From a bacterium (GTDB lineage: Bacteria; Patescibacteriota; Minisyncoccia; JACQLN01), in NCBI GenBank assembly GCA_030697795.1, contig JAUYOV010000006.1, positions 21,722 through 85,721 on the forward strand: a DNA stretch of 64,000 nucleotides, given 5' to 3'. The position numbers and the translations under genes are program-made. How positions within the stretch are numbered: position 1 is the first letter of the stretch; each line of letters starts with the position of its first letter. This document shows positions 8,970 to 18,349 of the stretch, one piece after another. The notes below the pieces were generated by a model. That model did no database searches. It worked only from the letters and a program-made list of their open reading frames with translations, and was not told the DNA's origin.

Positions 8970-10712
8970 TTATTTCTTTATTCTCTTAGTAGCGGTATGC
9001 CATTTATTTATATTTTCAAACCTTTGGGACGGAGTATTGATGGCTTCGGCATTAAGGCCTTTAATTTTTCCAGATACAGCATAAATATAATTTGGACTAT
9101 AAAGGAATATAGCTGGAATATCTTGCATTATTATTTTCTCAAAGGCCTCATAGTTTTTTATTCTTTTGGTTGGATTATTTTCTTGCCGGGCTGATTCTAA
9201 AAGGCCATCAACTTTTTTATTATTGTATAAAGCTAAATTTAAACCAGGATCTCTTCTTTGGGTAGAATGCCAGAAAGAGAATGGGTCGGGGTTTAAACTC
9301 AACACCTCTCCAAAAAGTATGGCTTGATATTGGCGAGGCCTAATATTTTGGGTTTGAATGCCGTTAACGGGCACAACATCTAAATCTACTTTAGCTCCTA
9401 TTTTTTCCCAGTTTTGCTTTAGAGCGCTGGCCACTTGAGTGTGTTCGGGCCAATCGGTTGTGGTTAAGGCAAATTCTAATTTTGTTATTTTTCCTTTTAT
9501 TTTTTTCTCTCTTAGGCCATCTGCGCCAACTTTCCAGCCAGATTTATCGAGCACGTTTTTAGCGGTCTCAATATCAAAGTCATACTTTGTGTTTGATTCA
9601 TTAATTTTTAAAAGCCCAAAAGGCAACGGGCCGTTTTGAATTTGAGCTTCTTCTTTTAAAATATCTTTTACTATATCTTCCTTGTCTGTAGCATAAGATA
9701 AAGCTTTTCTGACATCGGTTTCAGCTAAAACATCGGATCTAGTTTGGTTAAAGAATACACCGTAATATCTAGGAAGTTTTATGTCGTAAAAAATTAGATC
9801 TCTGGATTTTTTAAGTTCGGTTTTGTCTAAAACTGAACTCAAAGAAAAGCCATCAATTTCGCGGCGCTTAAAAGCGCTAACAAGGTCTTCTTGATTTTCG
9901 TAGAAACGGATTCTTAGCAGAGAGATATTTGCTTTTTCATAATAGCGCGGATTAGGAGAAAACTCCATAGACTTTATAATTCCCGAAGCATTTTTTGTTA
10001 TTTTTGTAACTTGATATTGGCCCAAGCCTACCGGTTTTAAATTGAGCTGGGTTAATAAAAAGTTTTGAGGCTGAACGTTTTCCCAAATATGGCGAGGGAG
10101 AATGCCCAAGGTAGCGTTTTCCAAAAAGGGTTCGTAGGCTACGGGTAATTTTATTATAAAGCTATGATCATCTATTTTTTCTATTCTGACACCTTGCCAG
10201 TTATTTCTAAGCGGGCTTTGAAACTTGGAATCCTTAATTAGGTTTATGGTAAAAACCACATCATCTGTTGTTAAGGATTTTTTATCTGGCCAGCTTAAGT
10301 TTTCCCTAAGCTTAAATTCATAAATTTTGCCGTTGTCTCTTATTTGATAACTTTCGGCGAGGTCCGGAATAATTTCTCCTTTTTCATTATGTTTAACTAA
10401 GCCCGAAAAAACTAAAGTGGTTAAATCGCGATCAACTTCGCTAGCCGAAGCCAAGGCGGGGTTAATATAGCGCGGTTCGCCAATAATGCCTTCGGCATAT
10501 GTACCGCCCTCGGAAGCAGCCGAGGTTCTTAAAAACCAATAATCATAAACGCCTAAAAATAGGGTAGAAGTAATAGCTAAGCCTAAAAACACTAAAACAG
10601 CGTTTATTTCTTTTTCGCTTAACTGCCTAAGCAAGTAACGCCAGTGTTTAACCGATAACGAACGCAAAAATTTTATACGTTCCCAAATTTTTTTAAATTT
10701 TTCTTTCAACAA
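8970..10712 (-). CDS. ABC-type peptide/nickel substrate-binding protein, family 5 (OppA/DppA-like), N-terminal TM anchor
   Basis: Length 580 aa. N-terminal hydrophobic anchor then a family-5 SBP-like sequence. No adjacent permease genes. Confidence 0.7.
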   Translation of the reverse strand: MLKEKFKKIWERIKFLRSLSVKHWRYLLRQLSEKEINAVLVFLGLAITSTLFLGVYDYWFLRTSAASEGGTYAEGIIGEPRYINPALASASEVDRDLTTLVFSGLVKHNEKGEIIPDLAESYQIRDNGKIYEFKLRENLSWPDKKSLTTDDVVFTINLIKDSKFQSPLRNNWQGVRIEKIDDHSFIIKLPVAYEPFLENATLGILPRHIWENVQPQNFLLTQLNLKPVGLGQYQVTKITKNASGIIKSMEFSPNPRYYEKANISLLRIRFYENQEDLVSAFKRREIDGFSLSSVLDKTELKKSRDLIFYDIKLPRYYGVFFNQTRSDVLAETDVRKALSYATDKEDIVKDILKEEAQIQNGPLPFGLLKINESNTKYDFDIETAKNVLDKSGWKVGADGLREKKIKGKITKLEFALTTTDWPEHTQVASALKQNWEKIGAKVDLDVVPVNGIQTQNIRPRQYQAILFGEVLSLNPDPFSFWHSTQRRDPGLNLALYNNKKVDGLLESARQENNPTKRIKNYEAFEKIIMQDIPAIFLYSPNYIYAVSGKIKGLNAEAINTPSQRFENINKWHTATKRIKK

Positions 10713-10760
10713 ATGATTAATTAGCTATATTAGCGTTAGATTCGCTATATTAGCGAGAAG

Positions 10761-10970
10761 TTATAAAACTATATTAGCTAGAGCCGTGCCAAAAAACAAA
10801 ATAGATAAGATAATTGTAGCTACGAAAAGATATTTTTCGGGGCCTCTTTTGGTGTGATGAAATTCTCCTTCACCTCCAAAAGCGCCAGATAAGCCCGAGC
10901 CTTGGCGCTGAAGCAAGACAGTAATTATTAATAAGACAGCTAAAACGATTTGTATTATATTTATTATCAT
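10761..10970 (-). CDS. secG: preprotein translocase subunit SecG
   Basis: 69 aa with two TM segments and a central Gly-rich loop (LLQRQGSGLSGAFGGEGE). Confidence 0.7.
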   Translation of the reverse strand: MIINIIQIVLAVLLIITVLLQRQGSGLSGAFGGEGEFHHTKRGPEKYLFVATIILSILFFGTALANIVL

Positions 10971-10979
10971 TTTTGCAAT

Positions 10980-11045
10980 CCCGTTAGAAACAGTCCGCCC
11001 CTAGGCCCTTTGGGCGCGCAGAGCGCGGGCGTGGTTTCTAACGGG
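10980..11045. repeat. family D element: 12-bp inverted repeat (cccgttagaaac / gtttctaacggg) enclosing a 42-bp GC-rich multi-hairpin core
   Basis: Seen directly. Immediately downstream of secG. Confidence 0.6.
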
Positions 11046-11161
11046 ACAATAAAAACCTACCCTTTTAGGGTTAAAAACAGAGTATTTGTTAAGTAAAAAG
11101 AGGTTTTTTTAGTACAGTTTAATGGTAGCAATTTGAGTTAGATAAGTCAATTTTAAAATAA

Positions 11162-11190
11162 AAGACCGGCAGTTGCGTTTGCAACTGCCG
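11162..11190 (-). terminator. rho-independent terminator of the 11200..11568 gene
   Basis: ccggcagttgc-gtt-tgcaactgccgg, followed by a T-run on the minus strand. Confidence 0.7.
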
Positions 11191-11199
11191 GGTGATTGG

Positions 11200-11568
11200 T
11201 CACGAGGTGCTCATGACCCTCACATTTGATGATCCAGAGCAGACAAGAATGAACCTAGATCTGGCTAACTCTTTGTCTGACCTGTACACCAGATCCAGAC
11301 CTTTTTTTGGGTTGCCCGGATCGCTTGCGAGGCAGAGGAAGAATTCGGTATGGCGAGACTTCCTCACATCGACAAACTCTCTGGAAGTTGCCACCTTGAC
11401 CTCTTTGCCTAGCGTGCCATCTTTCTTTTTTAGGCACGCTACGAGACCGCGTCTAGTGGAAAGCAGCAGATGCTCGGCTCCGTTCTTAAAATAGCCGGCA
11501 ACACTGTATCCTTCGGGCAATTCCACACTGCTTAGGTCTGGAACTTCTCTGGTCGTTTGCATTTCCAA
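11200..11568 (-). CDS. hypothetical protein, GC-rich (about 50%)
   Basis: ORF with a GGGAGA SD and a terminator downstream. Compositionally foreign. May be spurious in GC-rich DNA. Confidence 0.4.
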   Translation of the reverse strand: MEMQTTREVPDLSSVELPEGYSVAGYFKNGAEHLLLSTRRGLVACLKKKDGTLGKEVKVATSREFVDVRKSRHTEFFLCLASDPGNPKKGLDLVYRSDKELARSRFILVCSGSSNVRVMSTS

Positions 11569-11872
11569 TTCTCCCCAGATATTGGAAATAGGTTATTGCT
11601 TGCCCGCGTCAAACACGGGATGAAAAATCTTTATTTCTAGATGACCTTTAAGTATTCTCCTTTCTGCCGCATTTGAGTTTGGAGGTCATCGTCTCCCCCT
11701 TTAGATTTTAAGAGGGCTGACTAACGGGGGTAGTAGAGGGGAGGTCCACTAGTCCGTTCCGTCAGCGTAGTACATACGCTTAGGTTGTCAGCCCTCATTT
11801 TTCATGAGGATCGGTAAAACTTAAGGTACTAATATACTAATTAAAATCTTTTATTGTTAAGTTGTCAAGCCT

Positions 11873-13261
11873 TTATTTAGAAATAGCTTTTCTATGCAAT
11901 TTTCTATGATAGTTTATAGCAAATCGGTGAGCTTCATCGCGGATTGATTGAAAAAGATATTTTAAGCTTCTGCCAAATTTTTGAGCCAGTATCGGTTCTT
12001 TATTTTCGGGCAAATAGATTTCTTCTAATTTTTTAGCTAAAGATACAACTCTAATTTTGGTGGGGGACAATATTTCTAGCGCTGCATTTAGTTGTGTTCG
12101 GCCGCCATCCACGATTATCAACTGGGGCAGTGTCCAGTTATTGTTTAATCTGCGTTTAATAATTTCGGCTATCATAGCGGGATCGTTTATACCGTGCACG
12201 GTTTTTATTTTAAATTTTCTATATTCGTTTTTATTGGATTTGTATTCGCCGTTTTCTTGCAGTTCAAAAACAACCATAGAACCCACGGCTTCTGCGCCTT
12301 GAAAATTAGAGACGTCAAACGTCTCTAATCTTTTTGGGTTTTCTTTAAAGCCTAGTAACGTAAAATCGGATTTGTCGTCTTTAAATATAGAAGGCGAAGC
12401 AAATTCAAATTTTTCGGTTAATACTTTGGTATGTTTTAAAACAGAATCAAGGTTTGTTATTTGGTTTTTAATAGTTTTAGCTAATTCAAAGTTTTGGTTT
12501 TTTATTACTTGTTTTATTTCTTTTTTAAATTCTTTAAGTAAAACTTGGCTTCGGCCGGATAGCACCGATTTAATTGCCCGAATGTTTTTTTTATATTCAT
12601 TTAGCATGAGTCTGCGATCGCTGGCTCGTGCTAAGTTTGTTGATTTAAGGCAACAGAAAGTTAAGCACCGGCCCATATGTGCATTTAAACATTTGGTCTC
12701 ATGTTTTTGCTTGCAGGTGCAGTAGGGAAAAATATCGCGTAAAATATGCAAAGTTTTTCTAACAGCAGTGCCGTCGGTGAAAGGACCTAAACAGCTTTTA
12801 GTTTTTAGCTTATAGCTGTTAGGTTGATGCAGAGGAATAATTTTAGGGAATTCTTCTTTAGCTTGCCCTGAGCCCGTCGAATGGGTAATAGCAACGTATA
12901 AATAGTTTTTACTATCACGCATTAAGACATTAAACTTGGGTTTGTGTTTTTTAATAAGCTCGGATTCTTTTATTAAGGCTGCTATTTCCGAGTCAGTCCG
13001 CAATATTTCTATATCGGTAATTTCGGCAAGCATTTTAACTTTTGCTGGATTAAAAAACTTAACCCCTTTGTGCTTGTCCTCCGAAGCTTTAGCGAAGGAG
13101 GAAAAGTAGCTTTTGACTCTATTTTTTAAATTCCCCGATTTGCCAATATAAATAATCTCGCCGGCTTTATTCTTGAATAAATACACCCCCGGCGAAGCAG
13201 GTAATTTGGCTAGTTTTTTAGTGATTGACAGCATTTTCATTATCTGGTAATAATAAGACAA
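11873..13261 (-). CDS. uvrC: excinuclease ABC subunit C, short form without C-terminal (HhH)2 domain
   Basis: GIY-YIG module GVYLFKNKAGEIIYIGKSGNLKNRVKSYF and RNaseH-like endonuclease motif DEAHRFAINYHR. True start probably a few codons inside (MKMLSI). Confidence 0.8.
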   Translation of the reverse strand: MSYYYQIMKMLSITKKLAKLPASPGVYLFKNKAGEIIYIGKSGNLKNRVKSYFSSFAKASEDKHKGVKFFNPAKVKMLAEITDIEILRTDSEIAALIKESELIKKHKPKFNVLMRDSKNYLYVAITHSTGSGQAKEEFPKIIPLHQPNSYKLKTKSCLGPFTDGTAVRKTLHILRDIFPYCTCKQKHETKCLNAHMGRCLTFCCLKSTNLARASDRRLMLNEYKKNIRAIKSVLSGRSQVLLKEFKKEIKQVIKNQNFELAKTIKNQITNLDSVLKHTKVLTEKFEFASPSIFKDDKSDFTLLGFKENPKRLETFDVSNFQGAEAVGSMVVFELQENGEYKSNKNEYRKFKIKTVHGINDPAMIAEIIKRRLNNNWTLPQLIIVDGGRTQLNAALEILSPTKIRVVSLAKKLEEIYLPENKEPILAQKFGRSLKYLFQSIRDEAHRFAINYHRKLHRKAISK

Positions 13262-13302
13262 CGAATCAGTTACGGCAAGTTCTTAAACAAAGGAGGCTCA
13301 AG

Positions 13303-13515
13303 ATGGTACATTTAAGACTTACACATGCGTGTGAAAGTGGTGATCACGAGATGTGTTCAGGTGGTGAGGGATCTCCCGATACTTTTGGAGGTTGGAAATG
13401 CACCTGTCATTGTCATCACAAAAATGTTCCTTATGAAGAAACGATGAGTGCTAAGATAGCCGCACACCAATTTAGAGATGTTAAGCACTGGAATTTTAAT
13501 AGAAAACCTTCATAA
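13303..13515 (+). CDS. small Cys/His-rich protein (70 aa), putative metal-binding
   Basis: Strong SD aaaggagg plus 6 nt plus ATG. Sequence ...THACESGDHEMCSGG...GGWKCTCHCHHKN... . Flanked by two hairpin terminators. Confidence 0.5.
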   Translation: MVHLRLTHACESGDHEMCSGGEGSPDTFGGWKCTCHCHHKNVPYEETMSAKIAAHQFRDVKHWNFNRKPS

Positions 13516-13540
13516 AAAAAGCTCCACATTGGATACAAAA

Positions 13541-13605
13541 CTCCCGAAGGGTTACCCTTCGGGAGTTTTATATCCAGCACCTTTTTATTAGAAAAGGTGC
13601 TGGAT
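13541..13605. terminator. two tandem hairpins forming a bidirectional terminator
   Basis: ctcccgaagg-gtta-cccttcgggag + T-run; and atccagcacctttt-tattag-aaaaggtgctggat. Confidence 0.65.
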
Positions 13606-13854
13606 CTATTTTACCGCGAACATTTCTTCTAAACGATTTACTCGGCGTTCCAAACCTTTGATTTGTTCGCCCTGTTGTTTGAGAATTATTTTTTCTATAT
13701 TATCTATTCTTTCCCCAAGATGTTTCTCAACTTTATCGAGCTGTTCTTTGGTGGCCATCTTGTTTTCAATACTGGTTATCTTACTTTCAACACTATTAAA
13801 ACCACGAGCTACCATTCGGGCTAAATCTTCGATTGTAGTTTTTTTGGCTGGCAT
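13606..13854 (-). CDS. small coiled-coil protein (82 aa), paralogous to 51697..51954
   Basis: Shared pattern ...RIDNIEK.. / ..RLDRRFDDLEKKLD... with heptad-like spacing. Confidence 0.45.
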   Translation of the reverse strand: MPAKKTTIEDLARMVARGFNSVESKITSIENKMATKEQLDKVEKHLGERIDNIEKIILKQQGEQIKGLERRVNRLEEMFAVK

Positions 13855-13892
13855 AATACATCCATTATAGACTCAGTCATAAACAAGTCAAA

Positions 13893-13923
13893 CCCCGCCC
13901 TTGAGGTAGTCTCAAGGGCGGGG
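13893..13923. repeat. family B-related palindrome, copy B4 (ccccgcccttgag-gtagt-ctcaagggcgggg)
   Basis: Shares CCGCCCTT...AAGGGCGG arms with B1-B3. Lies in the divergent region upstream of uvrA. Confidence 0.6.
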
Positions 13924-13961
13924 TGGATTTTTGGCGGGTTTTGATGTAGAATGGGTGGTTT

Positions 13962-16916
13962 ATGTCTAGCCAAGATTACATCAAAATCCGCGGGGCGAGG
14001 GTGCATAATTTAAAAAATGTTAGTTTAGACATTCCCAAAAACAAGTTGGTGGTTATTACCGGCCTTTCGGGTTCGGGCAAGTCGTCGCTGGCGTTTGATA
14101 CGCTGTATGCTGAAGGGCAAAGAAGATATGTAGAAAGTTTGTCGGCTTATGCTCGGCAATTTTTAGGCATTATGGATAAGCCCGATGTGGATTCCATAGA
14201 TGGCTTGTCGCCGTCAATATCCATAGACCAAAAAAGCGTATCAAAAAATCCGCGCTCTACTGTTGGTACTATTACCGAAATTTATGATTACCTGCGTTTG
14301 TTGTTTGCTAGAGTCGGCAAACCTCATTGCCCCAAGTGTGATCGCGTAGTTTCGCGCCAAAGTCCAACGCAAATAACAGATAAAATTTTAAAATTTAAAA
14401 AAGGCACGGCTTTAGTAATTTTGGCGCCAATCATTCGCGATCAAAAAGGTGAACACAAAGCAGTTATTATGAAGTTATCAAATTCCGGCTATGCCAGAGT
14501 TAGAGTTAACGGTGAAATTTTAAAAGTTGAAGAAGCTTTAAAATTAAATTTAGAAAGATACAAGCGCCATTCAGTAGAAGCTGTGATAGACAGAGTGACC
14601 CTAGAAAGTGATCCCTCCTCCTTCGCCCCCACTTCGCCAAGGCTACGAGGGGCAAGCAGGGCTTCGGAGGACAAGGATCTTCGTGCTCGCATTGCGGAAT
14701 CCATAGAACAAGCTCTTAAATTAGGTGACGGTTTGATGATTGTCCAACACCTGGTGTTGGACAAGTATTCAAAAAAGGACCGCCCTTCCAGGAAGGGCGG
14801 TCCTTCCGAGGAGCTGTTTTCCGAAGCGATGTCGTGCGCTTATTGTGGTATAAATTTTCCAAATGTTGAACCAAGATCATTTTCTTTTAATAGCCCGCAC
14901 GGCGCTTGCCCGCATTGCACAGGTTTAGGTAATACCAAAGAAATTGATCCAGATTTAGTTTTTCCAAGCAAGCATATAACTTTGGCGGAAGGCGCCATTA
15001 AGCCGTGGGCTTCGGCTTCGCACCGCGTCGGCTACCAAGGTTGGTATTGGAGTATTGTGGAAGAAATTTCGCAAAAATACAGTTTTTCAGTTTCGGTGCC
15101 TGTAAAAGATTTACCGCAAAAATTTATAAACATTATTTTATATGGTGACAAAGATCGCGATGGCGATTTTGAGGGAGTTATTCCAAATTTATTGCGCCGT
15201 TACCGCGAAACCGAATCAGAATTTACCAGAGCCGAGATAGAACGCTATATGATAGATAAGGTTTGTCCGGTATGTAAGGGCGCACGTTTAAAGCCAGAAG
15301 TTTTAGCGGTTAAGTTTTTAGGAAAAAATATTAGCTATGTGGCAGATTTATCTATAAATGAATGCAAAAAGTTTTTTTCGGAGATTAAAGGTGGCCCTGC
15401 TTCGCTAAAGCTACGCAGGGTAAACTTAACCCAATCGGAGCTTCAAATAACTTTGCCAGTAGTTAAAGAAATTTTAAACAGATTAGATTTTTTGCTAAAT
15501 GTCGGGCTAGATTATTTAACACTTTCTCGTTCTTCGGCTACGCTTTCTGGTGGTGAAGCTCAACGTATTCGTTTAGCTACACAAATTGGTTCTGGTTTAA
15601 CAGGGGTTCTATATATACTAGACGAACCTTCTATTGGTTTGCATCAGCGCGATCAAAATAGGTTAATTAAAACGCTTAAACATTTACGCGACATCGGCAA
15701 CACTGTAGTGGTGGTGGAACATGATGAGCAGACTATCAATAATGCCGATTGGGTGATAGATGTAGGGCCGGGCGCGGGTAAACACGGCGGTAAAATAGTT
15801 TTTGAAGGAACGCCTCAACAGCTCAAAAAATCAGATAGCATTACAGGGCAGTATTTGTCTGGAAGGAAGAAAGTAGAAGGTGGAAAATTGAAAACGGAAA
15901 AGAAAAATTTATCTTCTACTTTCCATAATCTACCTTCTATTGTTATCAAAGGCGCACAGGAAAATAATCTCAAAAACATTACAGTCAAAATTCCCTTGGG
16001 ACAGTTTGTAGCAATCACGGGCGTTTCGGGTTCGGGTAAGTCTAGTTTGGTAAACGATATTTTGGCTAAATTTTTATTGCAAAAATTTTATAATGCTAAA
16101 GAATCTCCCGGAAAATTTACAGAAATAACTGGTTGGGAAAATTTAGATAAAGTTGTGGTGGTAGACCAAAGCCCGATAGGCCGAACACCGCGTTCTAACC
16201 CAGCCACATATACCGGAATGTTTAGTGTTATTCGCGATTTATTTGCCGCCACGCGCGAAGCAAAAGTTAGAGGTTTCGGGCCAGGCCGGTTTAGTTTTAA
16301 TGTAAAAGGCGGCAGATGCGAAGTGTGCGAAGGGCAGGGGGTAAGAAAAATTGAAATGCATTTTTTGCCCGATGTTTATGTGGAGTGCGAAGAATGCCAT
16401 GGCACGCGCTATAACAAAGAAGCGCTAGAGGTGGAATACAAAGGCAAAAATATTGCTCAAGTTTTAAAAATGCCGGTGGAAGACGCTTTTGAATTTTTTA
16501 AAAATATTCCCTCGTTAAAACAAAAAATTGGAACATTGCTGGAAGTCGGTTTAGGTTATATGGAATTAGGCCAGCCGGCTACCACATTGTCTGGCGGGGA
16601 GGCTCAAAGAATAAAACTTGCCACAGAATTATCGCGGCGCGATACGGGCAAAACTTTATATAGTTTGGATGAACCAACCACGGGTTTGCATTTTGAGGAT
16701 ATAAATAAACTGCTTAGGGTTTTGCATTTGCTGGTTGAAAAAGGCAATACGGTTTTAGTTATTGAACATAATTTGGATGTTATTAGAACGGCGCATCATA
16801 TTATAGACTTAGGTCCAGAAGGCGGTAATGGCGGAGGCAAAATTGTAGCGGTGGGCACTCCGCAGCAAATCAGCCAAACTAAAAATAGTTACACTGGACA
16901 GTTTCTGCGTAAGTGA
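13962..16916 (+). CDS. uvrA: excinuclease ABC subunit A
   Basis: Two ABC ATPase modules ([23 protein letters not shown]; [13 protein letters not shown]), Zn-finger Cys clusters, LSGGEAQR signatures. 984 aa because of three in-frame palindromic-element insertions. Confidence 0.95.
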   Translation: MSSQDYIKIRGARVHNLKNVSLDIPKNKLVVITGLSGSGKSSLAFDTLYAEGQRRYVESLSAYARQFLGIMDKPDVDSIDGLSPSISIDQKSVSKNPRSTVGTITEIYDYLRLLFARVGKPHCPKCDRVVSRQSPTQITDKILKFKKGTALVILAPIIRDQKGEHKAVIMKLSNSGYARVRVNGEILKVEEALKLNLERYKRHSVEAVIDRVTLESDPSSFAPTSPRLRGASRASEDKDLRARIAESIEQALKLGDGLMIVQHLVLDKYSKKDRPSRKGGPSEELFSEAMSCAYCGINFPNVEPRSFSFNSPHGACPHCTGLGNTKEIDPDLVFPSKHITLAEGAIKPWASASHRVGYQGWYWSIVEEISQKYSFSVSVPVKDLPQKFINIILYGDKDRDGDFEGVIPNLLRRYRETESEFTRAEIERYMIDKVCPVCKGARLKPEVLAVKFLGKNISYVADLSINECKKFFSEIKGGPASLKLRRVNLTQSELQITLPVVKEILNRLDFLLNVGLDYLTLSRSSATLSGGEAQRIRLATQIGSGLTGVLYILDEPSIGLHQRDQNRLIKTLKHLRDIGNTVVVVEHDEQTINNADWVIDVGPGAGKHGGKIVFEGTPQQLKKSDSITGQYLSGRKKVEGGKLKTEKKNLSSTFHNLPSIVIKGAQENNLKNITVKIPLGQFVAITGVSGSGKSSLVNDILAKFLLQKFYNAKESPGKFTEITGWENLDKVVVVDQSPIGRTPRSNPATYTGMFSVIRDLFAATREAKVRGFGPGRFSFNVKGGRCEVCEGQGVRKIEMHFLPDVYVECEECHGTRYNKEALEVEYKGKNIAQVLKMPVEDAFEFFKNIPSLKQKIGTLLEVGLGYMELGQPATTLSGGEAQRIKLATELSRRDTGKTLYSLDEPTTGLHFEDINKLLRVLHLLVEKGNTVLVIEHNLDVIRTAHHIIDLGPEGGNGGGKIVAVGTPQQISQTKNSYTGQFLRK
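14777..14803. repeat. family B palindrome, copy B2, in-frame inside uvrA (encodes [12 protein letters not shown])
   Basis: aaaaaa-ggaccgcccttcc-a-ggaagggcggtcc. Same flank as terminator copy B1. Confidence 0.85.
15395..15420. repeat. family C hairpin, copy C2, in-frame inside uvrA (encodes [10 protein letters not shown])
   Basis: ccctgc-ttcgctaaagctac-gcaggg. Stem fully compensated relative to C1 and C3. Confidence 0.8.
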
Positions 16917-16918
16917 TC

Positions 16919-16953
16919 GGAAGGACCGCCCTTCCAGGAAGGGCGGTCCTTCC
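16919..16953. repeat. family B palindrome, copy B3, immediately after the uvrA stop (35-bp near-perfect palindrome)
   Basis: ggaaggaccgcccttcc-a-ggaagggcggtccttcc. Marks the left edge of a GC-rich island. Confidence 0.85.
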
Positions 16954-17047
16954 TGTACTCAATATTGACATTATTGGCAAATATTTGCTATGTTTTATGA
17001 GTTCTTTTTTAACTAATTTCCCAAAACCCTTTATAATGGGAGGAACT

Positions 17048-18106
17048 ATGAAACTCGGATTTTACAGCTTTGACGTAGCTCCAGGAAACAACATAGCTAT
17101 ACTGGCGGCCGAAGCCAGAAGAAGGGGGCATGAGGTAGTTGATCCCGAGAAACAAAAGCCGGTTAGTGATAGAGCCATGGTTGAACTCATGACTTGCGAT
17201 ATGGTTGTAACAGGGCTTTCGTCTTTTAAAACGGAAATGGAGCTCGATGTTGCGCGTTATTTGAAAAATGAGACCAAGTGGGTTGTGTTGGAAGACGTGC
17301 CAGAATCTTGTCTGCGGCCAAAGGCGCGTGATTTTGCCAACAGGGCAGATTTACTTTTGATGGCTCCTCATACCAAACCGGAAGATGCTGCACGTTTTGG
17401 TTTTAGGAGAAATATCTGCTTGGGTCCGCCTCCGCTCTGGGGCAAGGAATACAACGAACTGATAGCGGCTAAAGAAGCTAATGTCCGACAGAATATGGAG
17501 AAGGTTGTTATGGGTGGCAACCCCATACAGCTTCAGACTAGTGATGTCGTGGTCGGCTTGGTGGGTGGAAAAGATTCACCAATAAACGATCTAGTTCTTG
17601 GGATGCTCATTCAGGCGTTAGCTGGTCATCATAAAGCCGTTGTTGGTTTTAGCCAACATCCTGGTGAGAAGGCTACAAAACCAGAAGATGAAGAGCGTTT
17701 TACGCGCGCTTTTCAAGAGCGGGCTGAAATGTTGAGCCGAATTTGGCATCTTTCTAAAAACTGGAAAGGTGTTGAAGTTGGGGCTGTAGCAGATGTGATG
17801 ATTTACGCCGGTGGCACCAACGCCAGTATTTCGGGCGCCTATGCTAGGATTCCTGGTATCTATCTAGATCTTCCGGAAGTTCGGGCAAGAATGGTAACAC
17901 AAAGCGGTAAAGAAACATGGTTTGTGGCTGAACTTGGTGGAGCGCTTGTTGTGGACAACAAGGAAGATCTTGGCCCGATGATCAAAACTGCATTGAGCAA
18001 TGAAGGGAGACAGTATCTGCTTGATATGCAAGAGAAAAATTTTCCATTGCCTGAAGATTGGCATACGGAAAAGAAGATCATCGATTATTTGGAGTGTTTA
18101 GTTTAG
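17048..18106 (+). CDS. hypothetical protein (about 352 aa), GC about 48-50%, compositionally foreign
   Basis: Long ORF. Start chosen at MKLGFYSF with a GGAGG upstream. The ORF 16913.. N-terminal extension overlaps the palindrome and is unlikely. Confidence 0.5.
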   Translation: MKLGFYSFDVAPGNNIAILAAEARRRGHEVVDPEKQKPVSDRAMVELMTCDMVVTGLSSFKTEMELDVARYLKNETKWVVLEDVPESCLRPKARDFANRADLLLMAPHTKPEDAARFGFRRNICLGPPPLWGKEYNELIAAKEANVRQNMEKVVMGGNPIQLQTSDVVVGLVGGKDSPINDLVLGMLIQALAGHHKAVVGFSQHPGEKATKPEDEERFTRAFQERAEMLSRIWHLSKNWKGVEVGAVADVMIYAGGTNASISGAYARIPGIYLDLPEVRARMVTQSGKETWFVAELGGALVVDNKEDLGPMIKTALSNEGRQYLLDMQEKNFPLPEDWHTEKKIIDYLECLV

Positions 18107-18131
18107 GAAATTAGTGTATCCGCTCCGACCT

Positions 18132-18158
18132 CGTGTCGGAGCATTTTTAATTTTAGTT
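18132..18158 (+). terminator. rho-independent terminator (copy 1 of a duplicated terminator)
   Basis: gctccgac-ctcgtg-tcggagc + ttttt. A near-identical copy lies at 18817. Confidence 0.7.
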
Positions 18159-18318
18159 GTCCAAATGGCATAGTCAGCAATTTATGCGATCACATAAATT
18201 GCTGACCGGTGCTAATTATTGCAAGAAACTATACGACGCAAAATTTGGGTTGTCTTACTGGGGTTGACCCCGTTAGAGATCGCGCGGGCTCGTAGCGACC
18301 CCCCATCTCTAATTGGGG

Positions 18319-18346
18319 TTGACACCTTCTTGTATATACGTATAAT
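18319..18346 (+). promoter_or_regulatory. consensus sigma70-type promoter (TTGACA-16nt-TATAAT)
   Basis: Seen directly. Preceded by direct repeats ctggggttgac and an inverted repeat tagagat/atctcta. Confidence 0.55.
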
Positions 18347-18349
18347 GAA

